Assembly (NCBI GenBank): GCA_963849325.1
Contig: CAWKHF010000008.1
Coordinates: 64,001 to 128,000, forward strand
DNA length: 64,000 nt
Direction: 5' to 3'
Source: an uncultured Planctomycetota bacterium
GTDB lineage: Bacteria; Planctomycetota; Planctomycetia; Gemmatales; Gemmataceae
Shown: one piece after another, positions 63,863 to 64,000 of the stretch
How positions within the stretch are numbered: the stretch's first letter is position 1
Layout: each line of letters begins with the position of its first letter
Made by a program: the position numbers and the translations under genes
The notes under the pieces: model-generated
What the model was told of the DNA's origin: nothing
Databases searched by the model: none
The model's input: the letters and a program-made list of their open reading frames with translations, nothing else

Positions 63863-64000
63863 TCAAGCCGGCGCATAGCGTGTCAGCCCCGGTACGCGGT
63901 CGAAGTCGGTGTCGTTGCTGGCGATGTTCGTCAAACCGTTCACCTGCATCACGGCCACAATCAAGCCATCGTTGGTCAGCAGGCCGATCTGCTGACAGAG
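63863..64000 (-). CDS. PIN-domain (VapC-like) protein, C-terminal part (enters from outside the window)
   Basis: Manual translation: LCQQIGLLTNDGLIVAVMQVNGLTNIASNDTDFDRVPGLTRYAPA*. Confidence 0.8.
   Translation of the reverse strand, partial: LCQQIGLLTNDGLIVAVMQVNGLTNIASNDTDFDRVPGLTRYAPA

Noticed and set aside
61864-63876. 670-aa peroxidase with a long N-terminal extension
   Set aside because: The extension is an off-frame reading of the ferredoxin gene; the lipoprotein signal starts at 63360.

Overview
High-GC chromosomal window, most likely from a Planctomycete (Gemmataceae-like). The evidence is planctomycete-type genes: DUF1559 prepilin, TIGR03000, LEPR-XLL-like secreted protein, STK-type ECF sigma and PQQ-like propellers. 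Many essential genes carry single-base frameshifts, which points to an unpolished long-read assembly, so several CDS are given as joined frames. Housekeeping content: ygiQ-like radical SAM, gdh, pgi, pgm, hemE, ubiE, nadD, M24 peptidase-accB-accC, priA, maa, and a glgA-GH57-GalT-like-GH57 alpha-glucan cluster. Most notable: (1) a ~7 kb opposite-strand block splitting the glucan cluster, encoding a SWIM-SNF2 ATPase, a Dna2-like [4Fe-4S] PD-(D/E)XK nuclease/SF1B helicase and an orphan DUF1778 antitoxin (candidate defence or repair module). (2) A candidate peroxide-handling locus (ferredoxin, MauG-type di-heme lipoprotein, partner lipoprotein, atypical aquaporin coupled to DUF3501), interrupted by a HEPN pair flanked by a diverged duplicate of a gene 3' end. 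(3) A tandemly duplicated HEPN module whose partner lacks MNT motifs. (4) A dense set of REP-like, 7-nt-periodic and 9-nt-periodic inverted-repeat elements; some bracket gene blocks and some supply stop codons. No rRNA, tRNA, CRISPR array, integrase or transposase was recognised. All family calls come from motif recognition by eye; no database searches were run.
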